Positions 1-8,910 of a stretch of 32,000 nt of DNA are shown here, piece by piece (position 1 is the first letter of the stretch; every line of letters starts with the position of its first letter). Source of the DNA: Bacteroidetes bacterium UBA7662 (GTDB taxonomy: Bacteria > Bacteroidota > Bacteroidia > UBA7662); assembly GCA_002483345.1 (NCBI GenBank), contig DLHS01000009.1, positions 24,060-56,059 on the forward strand. Direction: 5' to 3'. A program made the position numbers and the translations under genes. Under the pieces are notes generated by a model. It ran no database searches. It was not told the origin of the DNA and worked only from the letters and a program-made list of their open reading frames with translations.

Positions 1-880
1 ACCGGTAGTACCAGCCGTTGGGCAGTTCTCCTCCGTTGGGTGCCCCTAAACCGCCTCCCGTGGTATCACCCACCAGTCTGGCCTGCGGCAATGCCCGAAC
101 ATGCAGGGCAAACATAGAGGTAGCACTGTAGGAGCCCCGGTTGGTCAATACGGCTAAACGACCGGTAAAACGCCGGGAAGACGCAGCAGGTATGGTTCGT
201 ATCACCGATTCCGGTGTAAAATGATCAGGATCTGGTCCTCCCTTGATACGGCTGTAATACGCAATCCGTTCCACCGCTGTGAATCGTCCCGCCAGGTTAT
301 GGGCATGCTGTATGGCCCCGCCACCGTTTGAGCGCAGGTCGAGTATTACCCCATCCACCCCACTCATTTTGCCCAATACAAAATCAAGTTCAGCTCCACT
401 GAAACTACCTGAAAATGAACGATAACTGATCAGCCCTATTTTTAACCCAAGGGTATCCAGCACCGTGTGCTGAAAAGGGCCTGTCACAAAATATTTTTCA
501 GGATACCGGAGCATATAATGCTCCAGCAGCAAACGACTGTCATAGTTAACCGGACTATTCAGGAAAACAGGATAATAATTAGAAAAAGTAAAAGGCGCGA
601 ACAAATTGGCATGTCCGTCCCGGAGTTCGTTGGTCATGGCTTCCAATACCCTGAAAAGCGCTTCATCGCTCATGTCAGGCCGTATCCGGGGGCTGTAGCG
701 GTTGTATACTTCATCCCAGTCGATTTGTTTGTAGGTCAGAAAACTGTACTTCTGCCTTATCTGCTCCCAGAGGTATTCAAAATTTTCGCGTGGGCTGTTT
801 TCCGGCTGATCGCCGAGAAATGGCTTCGTACAGGAGGCCAATACGACCATCATCAGCAGGACAAGAAGGTACTTCTTCAT
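1..880 (-). CDS. S41 family (C-terminal processing / tail-specific) peptidase, lipoprotein; 3' end runs off the window
   Basis: Not in the ORF track because no stop lies in the window. Reverse translation from ATG (878-880) gives MKKYLLVLLMMVVLASCTKPF (lipobox-like LASC). Further in are ILDLRSNGGG and LTNRGSYSATSMF, which resemble the S41 Ser-protease core motifs. The ATG overlaps the TGA of the upstream gene (ATGA at 877-880). Confidence 0.8.
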   Translation of the reverse strand, partial: MKKYLLVLLMMVVLASCTKPFLGDQPENSPRENFEYLWEQIRQKYSFLTYKQIDWDEVYNRYSPRIRPDMSDEALFRVLEAMTNELRDGHANLFAPFTFSNYYPVFLNSPVNYDSRLLLEHYMLRYPEKYFVTGPFQHTVLDTLGLKIGLISYRSFSGSFSGAELDFVLGKMSGVDGVILDLRSNGGGAIQHAHNLAGRFTAVERIAYYSRIKGGPDPDHFTPESVIRTIPAASSRRFTGRLAVLTNRGSYSATSMFALHVRALPQARLVGDTTGGGLGAPNGGELPNGWYYR

Positions 881-1815
881 TTTCTCAGCTCCCCGTTTTT
901 ATCCAGTTTTATACGCAGTCCCAGTAAAATCTGCCCATTCGAGGACCGGGTCGGCTGGCTCTCATAATTATAGGCATATCCGGCCCATTGCCAGCCGAAT
1001 GTCAGCGCATTGCCGTTTTTCAGAAAGTAATGTCCGTAAAAATGATTGCGCAGATAGAGATAACTACCAGGCCCTTTGAAACGACTGTTATCCATCAGAT
1101 CGGCCAGAAGTCCATCGACCGGATCATTGCCGATGGTATTGGTTACACCCGCGAAAGGTGACCTTGTATGCAAACCTGCCAGGGGTAGTTCCAATTGCCA
1201 ACCCAGCCGGATAGGACGCAAGGCCCGTCGGGTATACCGAAAGATTAAAAATTTGTAGCTTCTGTCAGATTTCAGGTAAAGGGGGAACTCCAGTCTGCTG
1301 ACGCCCCCCAGGCCTGCATAAAAATCATAACCAAGGCTTGAATTCCCCAGATCGGGCAGGGTCCTGAGTTGGGTATAAAGCTGAATAGCGGGGCCTGCAT
1401 ACCATTGCCATCTACCCAAAGGCAACCGTATCCGCCACAACCGGCCGCCCGTATACTGCAATCCCATGACAGAGGCACTGTTGCTGCCAAAACTACCCGA
1501 TAACTGATTACCGGCAGTACCGGTAAAAGCCACCAGATCGAGCAATTTTATACGCCGGGCATCCAGTTTTTCATAGCCTGCTGAAAATGAGAAGCTGCCA
1601 CCCTGATAAATTCTCGGCGACTGCAACTGATCCCGGAAACCGGCATTTCCATAACCACCTCCCATCAGCAGCACACGGTTTGCCATTTTAGGCTGTTTTG
1701 GGGTAACGGCATCCGCCACATAACTGTAACAGAGCATGATCAATACCAGGGCAAGCTGTCGCAATGCCTGTAGTTTGCTGTTGTTGCCTGAACGGTATTG
1801 GTACCTCTTTGTCAT
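877..1815 (-). CDS. Hypothetical secreted protein, probably an outer-membrane beta-barrel
   Basis: 312-aa ORF with an N-terminal signal-like segment (LALVLIMLCYSYVADA). It is Gly/Tyr/aromatic-rich with alternating hydrophobic strands (YDFYAGLGG, LTFGWQWAGYAYNY). I recognise no named family. Its start overlaps the kinase stop by 1 nt (TAATG) and its stop overlaps the peptidase start. Confidence 0.6.
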   Translation of the reverse strand: MTKRYQYRSGNNSKLQALRQLALVLIMLCYSYVADAVTPKQPKMANRVLLMGGGYGNAGFRDQLQSPRIYQGGSFSFSAGYEKLDARRIKLLDLVAFTGTAGNQLSGSFGSNSASVMGLQYTGGRLWRIRLPLGRWQWYAGPAIQLYTQLRTLPDLGNSSLGYDFYAGLGGVSRLEFPLYLKSDRSYKFLIFRYTRRALRPIRLGWQLELPLAGLHTRSPFAGVTNTIGNDPVDGLLADLMDNSRFKGPGSYLYLRNHFYGHYFLKNGNALTFGWQWAGYAYNYESQPTRSSNGQILLGLRIKLDKNGELRK

Positions 1816-4187
1816 TATCTGCTGCCCAATATGCGTAGAATGGTAAGCCGCAGGTCGTCCGGATTAAATGGCTTTACCACGACTGCATCCAATCCTGCTT
1901 TAAATGCGTCACTTTCAACCTCTTTCGGCAAACTGGCCGTGAGTGCAATGATAGGCAATGATTCACCCCTGGCCCTTAGCTGGCGGGTGGCCTCGTATCC
2001 ATCCATGACAGGCATGTGCAAATCCATCAGTACCAGCTGGTGTTTGTTGGCGTCCAACTGATCAATGGCCTCCTGACCATTGGTTGCCACTTCAATCTGC
2101 GCACCCCAACGCTGCAAAAAGGCTTTGGCTACCATCACATTGAGGGCGTTGTCTTCCACCAGCAGTATATTAACATCTTTCAGGGGCTTCCCTTGTTGTT
2201 CTTCCTCCAGCAAATCCTGGTTAGCGGTGGTATTCAACACAATGTTTTCCTTGCTTTTCGCCATCCACAGGTCGAAAAAGAAACGGGAGCCTTTGTCAGG
2301 TTCACTGTCGAGCTGAAGTTTACTTCCCTGCAGTTCAAGTATACGACGCGCGATGGAAAGTCCCAATCCTGTCCCGCCAAAACTTCTGGAGGTAGATGAA
2401 TCCGCCTGGGTAAAACGTTCGAAGATCAACTGCTGTTTTTCCGGAGCGATGCCTATTCCGGTATCAATCACCTCAAAACGCAGTAAAATTCTGTTGTCTA
2501 TCTCTTCTATCTTTCCTACCCGCAGCAGCACTTTGCCATGCCGGGTGAATTTGATGGCATTGTGCAGGAGGTTTACCAATACCTGACTTAACCGCGTTGG
2601 ATCGGTTAGGAGCTTATATTCCTCCTTTAAGCCTAATTCCAACTGCATCTCCAGGCTCTTTTCGTCTCCCTGAGAACGCAGTCCGAGAAAAATATTCCTG
2701 GTGAGGCCGGATACATCCACAGGTATGGCTTCAAAAGTAATTTTACCGGCTTCGATTTTATTGTAATCCAGTATGTCGTTGACAATACTCAGCAGATTGC
2801 GGGCTGCAAAAAGCAAGACGTTCAGCTGTTCCTGCTGGTCGGCCCGGGGCTTGTCCTTCAGCAGTATGTGTGTCATGCCGATCACCGAATTCAAAGGTGT
2901 CCGTATTTCATGTGACATGGTACTCAAAAACTCCGACTTCACCCGAAGGGCATTTTCCGCGTCTCTCCTGGCTCCATCCAGCTGTTCGGCAAAACGGTAG
3001 CTGAGTATGAGCGACTGTAAAAAGAAAAACAGAATGTAACCGAAAAAAATGACGGCCTTGTCAGGCATGATAATGCCGAAATATTGAAAATTAATCAGCA
3101 GCACCACGCACAGCACCACAGCCGTGCTCCAGAGCGCATAACCCGACCCCAGTCGTTTGTTCCTGTAAGCCTGTATGTATACCCAAAAAGAATAAAAAGT
3201 GAAGGCGAACATCAATACCAAAAACGGATTGATTGTTTTCGTGAAAATGGAAGGTGGTGTGACAATTACCAGGGCTGAAAGTGCAATGTTGAACCCTACC
3301 ATCACCCGCATGATGGCTGTATTGGTTTCAACCGGATACAACCGCAGGGTGTAAAAGCAGAAAAAAGTAACGCTGGCAAACAAGCTGAAATATTCCAGAC
3401 GTACGGCAATGTGCCAGCTAAGATCCGGTAAAAGCTGGTGGAGGACATAATTATGGGTTCCTACAATGCGGTAAGCGTACGTCAGGCAAAAAAGGGCGAA
3501 GAACAAAATCACTTTGTCATGCCTGCCAAAGCTGTACAGCCCCAGAAAGAAGAGCCCGCCCATCAGCAGGCAGCCAAACAAAACAAGATCGAAAGCATTG
3601 TCAAGGCGGCGATTGCTCAGCAGGGTTTCCAGCTGACCGATAGCAACCGGCTTATAAGGCCCCCCCTTGGAATGCCAGTAATTGGCAACATGCAAAACAA
3701 GGTGTACGCTGTCCAGACCGGCCGGAATGGCCAGGATTTTCCGCTCCCAGCGGGGTACTGCTCTTTCCGGTATACTATCAGGACTTCCATTTGCACCCAG
3801 TAAGCGGCCGTTGAGATATACCCGGTAGGCCGTATACACATCGGGCATGTCAATGGCGAGATTGCCGCTGTTTTCCGGAAGCAGCAGGGTAAGACTGTAA
3901 CTCGCGTAACCAACCGCCGGTAACACCTTCCCTTCGTATTTCAATTCGTTCCAGCGTACCGGAAAAGCAGCAAACTGCAGGTCGCTGTAAACAGAATCCG
4001 GGGCAATGAGTTGTTTCCAGTAGAATCCCCAATCACCTTTGAGAATTACTTTCTGATCCGAAAAATCATGGTGGCGTAAATCTGCGACCCCTTGTCTGAC
4101 CACTCCCGCAGCGTTTGCCTGACAGGAAAAAAAACAAAGCAGACTTACCCAGAACAAGCGGGACATACCTTTAAAATCAGTCACCAT
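1815..4187 (-). CDS. Hybrid sensor histidine kinase/response regulator with 7TMR-DISM-type extracellular and 7-TM sensor module
   Basis: 790 aa. Order of parts: signal peptide, about 190-aa extracytoplasmic region, seven hydrophobic helices, H-box SHEIRTPLNSVIGM, HATPase N/G boxes (HNAIKFT, DTGIGI, GGTGLGLSI), C-terminal receiver (LLVEDN...LVLMDLHMPVMDG...KP). An alternative start at M8 (ATG 4164-4166) gives a cleaner signal peptide. Confidence 0.9.
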   Translation of the reverse strand: MVTDFKGMSRLFWVSLLCFFSCQANAAGVVRQGVADLRHHDFSDQKVILKGDWGFYWKQLIAPDSVYSDLQFAAFPVRWNELKYEGKVLPAVGYASYSLTLLLPENSGNLAIDMPDVYTAYRVYLNGRLLGANGSPDSIPERAVPRWERKILAIPAGLDSVHLVLHVANYWHSKGGPYKPVAIGQLETLLSNRRLDNAFDLVLFGCLLMGGLFFLGLYSFGRHDKVILFFALFCLTYAYRIVGTHNYVLHQLLPDLSWHIAVRLEYFSLFASVTFFCFYTLRLYPVETNTAIMRVMVGFNIALSALVIVTPPSIFTKTINPFLVLMFAFTFYSFWVYIQAYRNKRLGSGYALWSTAVVLCVVLLINFQYFGIIMPDKAVIFFGYILFFFLQSLILSYRFAEQLDGARRDAENALRVKSEFLSTMSHEIRTPLNSVIGMTHILLKDKPRADQQEQLNVLLFAARNLLSIVNDILDYNKIEAGKITFEAIPVDVSGLTRNIFLGLRSQGDEKSLEMQLELGLKEEYKLLTDPTRLSQVLVNLLHNAIKFTRHGKVLLRVGKIEEIDNRILLRFEVIDTGIGIAPEKQQLIFERFTQADSSTSRSFGGTGLGLSIARRILELQGSKLQLDSEPDKGSRFFFDLWMAKSKENIVLNTTANQDLLEEEQQGKPLKDVNILLVEDNALNVMVAKAFLQRWGAQIEVATNGQEAIDQLDANKHQLVLMDLHMPVMDGYEATRQLRARGESLPIIALTASLPKEVESDAFKAGLDAVVVKPFNPDDLRLTILRILGSR

Positions 4188-4299
4188 TTAACAAAAGGAA
4201 GTGGCCATTGTCTGAGCGTATATTAAGGTTATAGGTCTGCAGTCAAACCCTGAAAAAAGTTTGGTTGCTACACGAAACTACGGGGTAAGTAGCCACCGG

Positions 4300-4779
4300 C
4301 TAAGGCAGCGGGTCACCTACGGCAACTGCACAATCATGGCCTGGCTGACCATGGGCAGGGTTGAGTCTTTTTCCGCCACTGTTTTGCTGTGCCGGAACGG
4401 CTTCTGGTTTTTCAAGTCCTTTCAGATTTTGTTCTGCCGCATTCTGAGCAGATGATGGCGGAACGACCATTGTGCTTATCTCATTTTGCGCAGGTTTTTG
4501 GGCTGTCGAGTTCAGCGGAGAGCCTACCGGTATGTCACATCTGTGACCCGGCTGGCCATGCTCAGGATTCATCCCGCTGGCAGCAACGGCGGCGGCAGGT
4601 GCCGGAGCCGCGTTACCGGCTGCTTGCTGAGGCATTTCAAAAGGAACATCGTTGGTTTGATTTGACTGAGGAGCGCCGATCGCAGGAGCAGGGCGGTAGG
4701 TATTTGGGGCCTTTCCGGTACAGCCCGACACGACCGCAGTGGCTGTTACCAGCAAAAGGGCAGGGACGAATAAGTTCAT
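4300..4779 (-). CDS. Low-complexity lipoprotein with two copies of an NPxHGQPGHxC motif
   Basis: 159 aa with lipobox VVSGC. The linker is Ala/Pro/Gln-rich. The two motif copies are MNPEHGQPGHRCDIPVGSPL and LNPAHGQPGHDCAVAVGDPLP. No named family recognised. Confidence 0.75.
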   Translation of the reverse strand: MNLFVPALLLVTATAVVSGCTGKAPNTYRPAPAIGAPQSNQTNDVPFEMPQQAAGNAAPAPAAAVAASGMNPEHGQPGHRCDIPVGSPLNSTAQKPAQNEISTMVVPPSSAQNAAEQNLKGLEKPEAVPAQQNSGGKRLNPAHGQPGHDCAVAVGDPLP

Positions 4780-4872
4780 GGCAATTGTTTCGAGCTAACA
4801 AGTTAAGACTTTCCCGACAGAAAAGGCCTTAAAACCTGCTTAAGCTTTGTTCAGTTTATTGTCAAATGAATC

Positions 4873-6354
4873 TCAGAGGCTTTTCCTGTCTACCTTGCCC
4901 GTAGCTGTTTTGGGGATTTCTGCCACAAGCTCAAAGTGTTTGGGCACCTTAAACTTAGCCATCCCTCCTATGCAAAAGCCCTTGAGTTCGTCGGTCGTAA
5001 TTTTTTGTCCCGGACGGAGAACTACGAAGGCCTTGCCGGTTTCTCCCCATTTTTCATCGGGCACCCCTACAACCACTACCTCACTGACTGCCGGATGGGT
5101 TAGCAGGTATTTTTCAATTTCTGCCGGGTAAATATTCTCCCCGCCACTGATGAACATATTTTTGATACGATCGACCACATACAGATACCCTTCCGCATCT
5201 CTCCGAAGCATATCGCCTGTATGAAACCAGCCATCGACTATGGTTTTGGACGTGGCTTCCGGGTGTCGCCAATAACCAGGTGTAACCACATCTCCCTTCA
5301 GGCAGAACTCGCCGATACCTTCTCCCCTTACCTCCTGCCCTTTTTCATCCACCAGTTTTGTTTCCAGATAAAAATTCGGGAAGCCGATAGATCCTATTTT
5401 CCGGATCGCATCTTCATGTTGGAGAGAGGTCACATTGGGTCCCACTTCTGTAAGCCCGTAACCCTGCCGGATGGGCACCCCTTTCTGTTTCCAGTTTTCG
5501 ATTACAGGTATAGGCAGGGCCTCTCCCCCGACAATAAAATAACGCAGCGCGGAAAGGTTTACCTGATCAAAAGCCTTGGTCTCCGCCATGAGCCTGATCA
5601 TGGTTGGCACGACCATAAACAAGCTGATTTTTTCACTTTCGAGTAATTCCATCACCTTTTCTGCTTCGAATTGGGCCATCAGTACAACCGTGGCCCCAAA
5701 ATGCAAAAAGGGAGTGGTAAGTACATTCCAGCCACCGGTATGAAAAGGCGGCATGCACATCAGGGTACGGTCGGCACCGGTTACCTGCAACCGCAGGGCG
5801 GTGTTCAGGCTGTTCCATACCAGCATTTTATGGGTATACAAGGCCCCTTTGGGGAAACCCGTGGTGCCACTGGTGTATAGAATGAATACCGGATCATCTT
5901 CATGCAAAACTGCTACCGTGTAGACATCCGGATATGCCTCTTCGGTTGCAATGTGATTTATCTGTGCCACGGTTCTTTGGGGAATACCTGCCGAAAGCGG
6001 CGCATCGTCGAGGGTGGTCTCAAATTTCGGAGAGAAAATGATGAGGGCCGGATCGGCATCTCCCAGCAGATAATCTATTTCACGGGGAGCCAGTCGGTAG
6101 TTGAGCGGAACAAGTATAATTCCCGTTTTTTGAGCAGCACAGAAGAGCATCAGATATTCGGCACAAAATTCTGCCAGAACCACCACCCGGTCTCCTTTCT
6201 GAAGTCCCTGGGCCGCAAACATATGAGCCAGTCTGGCTGCTGCGGCATCAAGCTCCTGATAGGTAAGTTCTCTCCCGGTTTGAGCTTCCTTTACAGCGAT
6301 CTGACCTGGTGTATACTTACGCCAGCGTGCCGACCAGTCGAATTCGGTAATCAT
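4873..6354 (-). CDS. AMP-dependent (adenylate-forming) acyl-CoA synthetase/ligase
   Basis: 493 aa with the AMP-binding signature YTSGTTGFPKGA, plus GYGLTE, HTGD and the terminal PKTATGKVDRK lysine loop. Its start overlaps the stop of the symporter gene (ATGA at 6351-6354). Confidence 0.9.
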   Translation of the reverse strand: MITEFDWSARWRKYTPGQIAVKEAQTGRELTYQELDAAAARLAHMFAAQGLQKGDRVVVLAEFCAEYLMLFCAAQKTGIILVPLNYRLAPREIDYLLGDADPALIIFSPKFETTLDDAPLSAGIPQRTVAQINHIATEEAYPDVYTVAVLHEDDPVFILYTSGTTGFPKGALYTHKMLVWNSLNTALRLQVTGADRTLMCMPPFHTGGWNVLTTPFLHFGATVVLMAQFEAEKVMELLESEKISLFMVVPTMIRLMAETKAFDQVNLSALRYFIVGGEALPIPVIENWKQKGVPIRQGYGLTEVGPNVTSLQHEDAIRKIGSIGFPNFYLETKLVDEKGQEVRGEGIGEFCLKGDVVTPGYWRHPEATSKTIVDGWFHTGDMLRRDAEGYLYVVDRIKNMFISGGENIYPAEIEKYLLTHPAVSEVVVVGVPDEKWGETGKAFVVLRPGQKITTDELKGFCIGGMAKFKVPKHFELVAEIPKTATGKVDRKSL

Positions 6355-7829
6355 GACTTTTTATCTTTTTTCAAAAGGTACAAAATGCCACCGGTCAACA
6401 GGCTGGCAGTGATGGCCAAAGATGCCGGAATAGCAGGGTTTTTTACTGCTGCCTGCATCCAGGGGGTTAGTTCAGCGTAGTACACAACAAAATGCACCAC
6501 CAACGCCATGACCGATGCCGGCGCCACCACCCGCAGACCGGCCTGGGGTAAAAACATGCCAAACAAAACGGGCACAAAGGCAGCTGCGAAATAGGCATAC
6601 ACCCCGTTTTGCGCAAAAATTGCCACACTCAGGTTAGGTGCAACCAACTGCTGGTAGCTGAAATAACCACTGACTGCTGCCAGCAGGATGATTACAAGGC
6701 GATTAAGTTGCATTCGTTTTTTATCGGCCAGTCCGCGTACGCCTGATGAAAGCGGGGGCAACAAATCATTCGTAATGGTGGTACTCAGCGACTGAATAAG
6801 CCCTTCAAGGGTGGAGATACCTGCTGAAATAAGCCCCAATACCACCACCAGGCCTATCCAAACAGGAAATTCCTGTACAACGTAGGCTGACAAAATAGCA
6901 TCTGTCCGGATTGCCATTCCACCCATCTGTAAATCAGGAAACTGCAAGCGGGCGTACAAACCTGTGAAGACAACGGAAAAAAAGATGAGCTCAACGAGGA
7001 CTGCCACCGTCAGAAAACGGTTTACATCCTTTTCATCTTTCAGCAAAAGGGCTTTGGTAATGATGTGCGGCTGGCAAACGATGGCGATACCTATCATAAA
7101 CTGGGCAAAGCCTATCTCAAACCAATCCCGGAACAATAAACTGCCCGGATTGGTGACCTCCACCAATACCGGATCGATGGCTTTCAGCTTGGCTATAAAA
7201 CCATGCACGCCGGCACTGAAATGCTCATAACCCGACCCAAGCAAAAGAAAGGCCACTATCAGCATGAGTATTGCCTGTATCATATTGGTATAGACCATAG
7301 AATTGGCACCGCCAAACATCATATACCCGAATACAAAAACAATGATGCCAAGCAGTACCCAGGACGGGTCGGCATCAAGCGCCTGTGATAATATCTGGGT
7401 TAAACCAACATGAATGAGTACAATAAAAGTGATGAGCAACAAAGCCAGAAAAGCAAAAAACAAGCCGTAACCCTGACTTTTGTACCGGCTGCTCATCCAT
7501 TGCGCCAGACTCAGGGCCTTTACCGTATGGCCATATCGCCTGAACCCTTTGCTGAGTATTACGAGAGAACTCAGCGCTGCCACCGGCATAACAATGCCAT
7601 AACTGATTACGCCACTGAGGCCATACATGGCAATAAAACCCGGATTGATGATAAAGGTAGCTGCACTTGTCATACTCGCCGCAAGTGCCAGACCGACGGC
7701 AACCGGTGAAAAATGCCGGCTGCCTACCGCATAATCTGACAGGCTTTTGATGCGCAGGGCTGCCCGTACAACTATCCAAAGCGTTACGGCCATATAGACC
7801 AGCAAGAGTATCCAGGTGGCTGTTACCAT
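6351..7829 (-). CDS. Sodium:solute symporter (SSS) family transporter
   Basis: 492 aa with about 13 hydrophobic helices. The N-terminal pattern is typical of SSS proteins (DYAVGSRHFSPVAVGLALAASMTSAATFIINPG). Substrate cannot be inferred. Confidence 0.85.
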   Translation of the reverse strand: MVTATWILLLVYMAVTLWIVVRAALRIKSLSDYAVGSRHFSPVAVGLALAASMTSAATFIINPGFIAMYGLSGVISYGIVMPVAALSSLVILSKGFRRYGHTVKALSLAQWMSSRYKSQGYGLFFAFLALLLITFIVLIHVGLTQILSQALDADPSWVLLGIIVFVFGYMMFGGANSMVYTNMIQAILMLIVAFLLLGSGYEHFSAGVHGFIAKLKAIDPVLVEVTNPGSLLFRDWFEIGFAQFMIGIAIVCQPHIITKALLLKDEKDVNRFLTVAVLVELIFFSVVFTGLYARLQFPDLQMGGMAIRTDAILSAYVVQEFPVWIGLVVVLGLISAGISTLEGLIQSLSTTITNDLLPPLSSGVRGLADKKRMQLNRLVIILLAAVSGYFSYQQLVAPNLSVAIFAQNGVYAYFAAAFVPVLFGMFLPQAGLRVVAPASVMALVVHFVVYYAELTPWMQAAVKNPAIPASLAITASLLTGGILYLLKKDKKS

Positions 7830-7835
7830 GCTGCT

Positions 7836-8870
7836 TTAGCTTAGAAAAGTGTGGAAATGATTCAGAAACTCCGCTGGCTTTTCAATAAAAGGGCTGTGTC
7901 CGGTGTCTTCCATCACAACTTCCCTGTAGCTGCCGCCATTTTTAACCAGTTCGTTCAGTACATGACGGGTCTGACTCACCATGGGTTGCGGCGGATAAAT
8001 GCTCTCGCCGGGATAACCCGGTATATACCCCAGCTTGCCCAGGGTTCCGAAGTCAAATAGGCTGTTATCACTCACAATGAGGTCGTCGGAACCACGTACC
8101 CACAACACAGGTACCCTGATTGCCTTTTGAACAAAATCAGTCACCGCATTACCGATGTATTTGGGCGAAGAGGCGTTGATAGGTCCCCATTGGCCGGGTG
8201 CCACAAAGGGATAATTTTCGGAAGTCACAAAGTCACCCGGATAACGATCGGGGCCAATTTTTTCAGTAAGCAAACTCTCCAGCAATTCTTCTTCCCAGTG
8301 CGGTACAAAAGGAGGTTTCCAGTAATAACTGTTCATTACCACCCGCGGGCTTGCCTGCGGATGGTCGCTGCTTTTATCTCCGGCAGCAATCAGTCTGGCA
8401 AATTCTGCATTGACAATACCACCGCCTGAACCGGCGTAATCAGGAAAACAAGGAGTACCTATGACATCCTTCGTCCCGCCAAATCCATACGGTGAAGCCG
8501 GATTGACAACCGTAGCAGTGTAAAACCGCTCGGGGGCTGTCGCCAGCAGCGACCAGATAATACCACCTCCCAACGAATGTCCTATCACATGGCATTTTTC
8601 AACGCCATAATGATCCAACAACACCAACAGATCTGCCACAAAGTCACCAAATCCCAGGCTTCCGTCGATGCGCTTGTCTTCGGTATGGCCATAGCCCCTT
8701 AAATCAGGTGCCAGGCAGAAATAGTCTGCCGACAATGTTTCACCTATCTCCTGCCAGAAAACAGAAGAGGACGCATTGCCGTGAATAAACAAAACAGCAG
8801 GGGTATCCGGTTGCCCGGCGACCAGCACATGTTGCTGCAATCTTTTGGTAGCTATGGTGGCGGGTGTCAT
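7836..8870 (-). CDS. Alpha/beta-fold hydrolase (Ser nucleophile) with a large cap insertion
   Basis: HGNASS oxyanion region, nucleophile elbow GHSLGG, later GSDD and TGHSPF (Asp/His candidates). I chose the start at M25 of the track ORF (ATG 8868-8870, MTPATIATK). The longer ORF to 8942 would overlap the upstream KAS III gene. Confidence 0.85.
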   Translation of the reverse strand: MTPATIATKRLQQHVLVAGQPDTPAVLFIHGNASSSVFWQEIGETLSADYFCLAPDLRGYGHTEDKRIDGSLGFGDFVADLLVLLDHYGVEKCHVIGHSLGGGIIWSLLATAPERFYTATVVNPASPYGFGGTKDVIGTPCFPDYAGSGGGIVNAEFARLIAAGDKSSDHPQASPRVVMNSYYWKPPFVPHWEEELLESLLTEKIGPDRYPGDFVTSENYPFVAPGQWGPINASSPKYIGNAVTDFVQKAIRVPVLWVRGSDDLIVSDNSLFDFGTLGKLGYIPGYPGESIYPPQPMVSQTRHVLNELVKNGGSYREVVMEDTGHSPFIEKPAEFLNHFHTFLS

Positions 8871-8910
8871 GGTAGTTGTTTTAGCGTATAGTTCCGGGAG
8901 ATAACATGCT

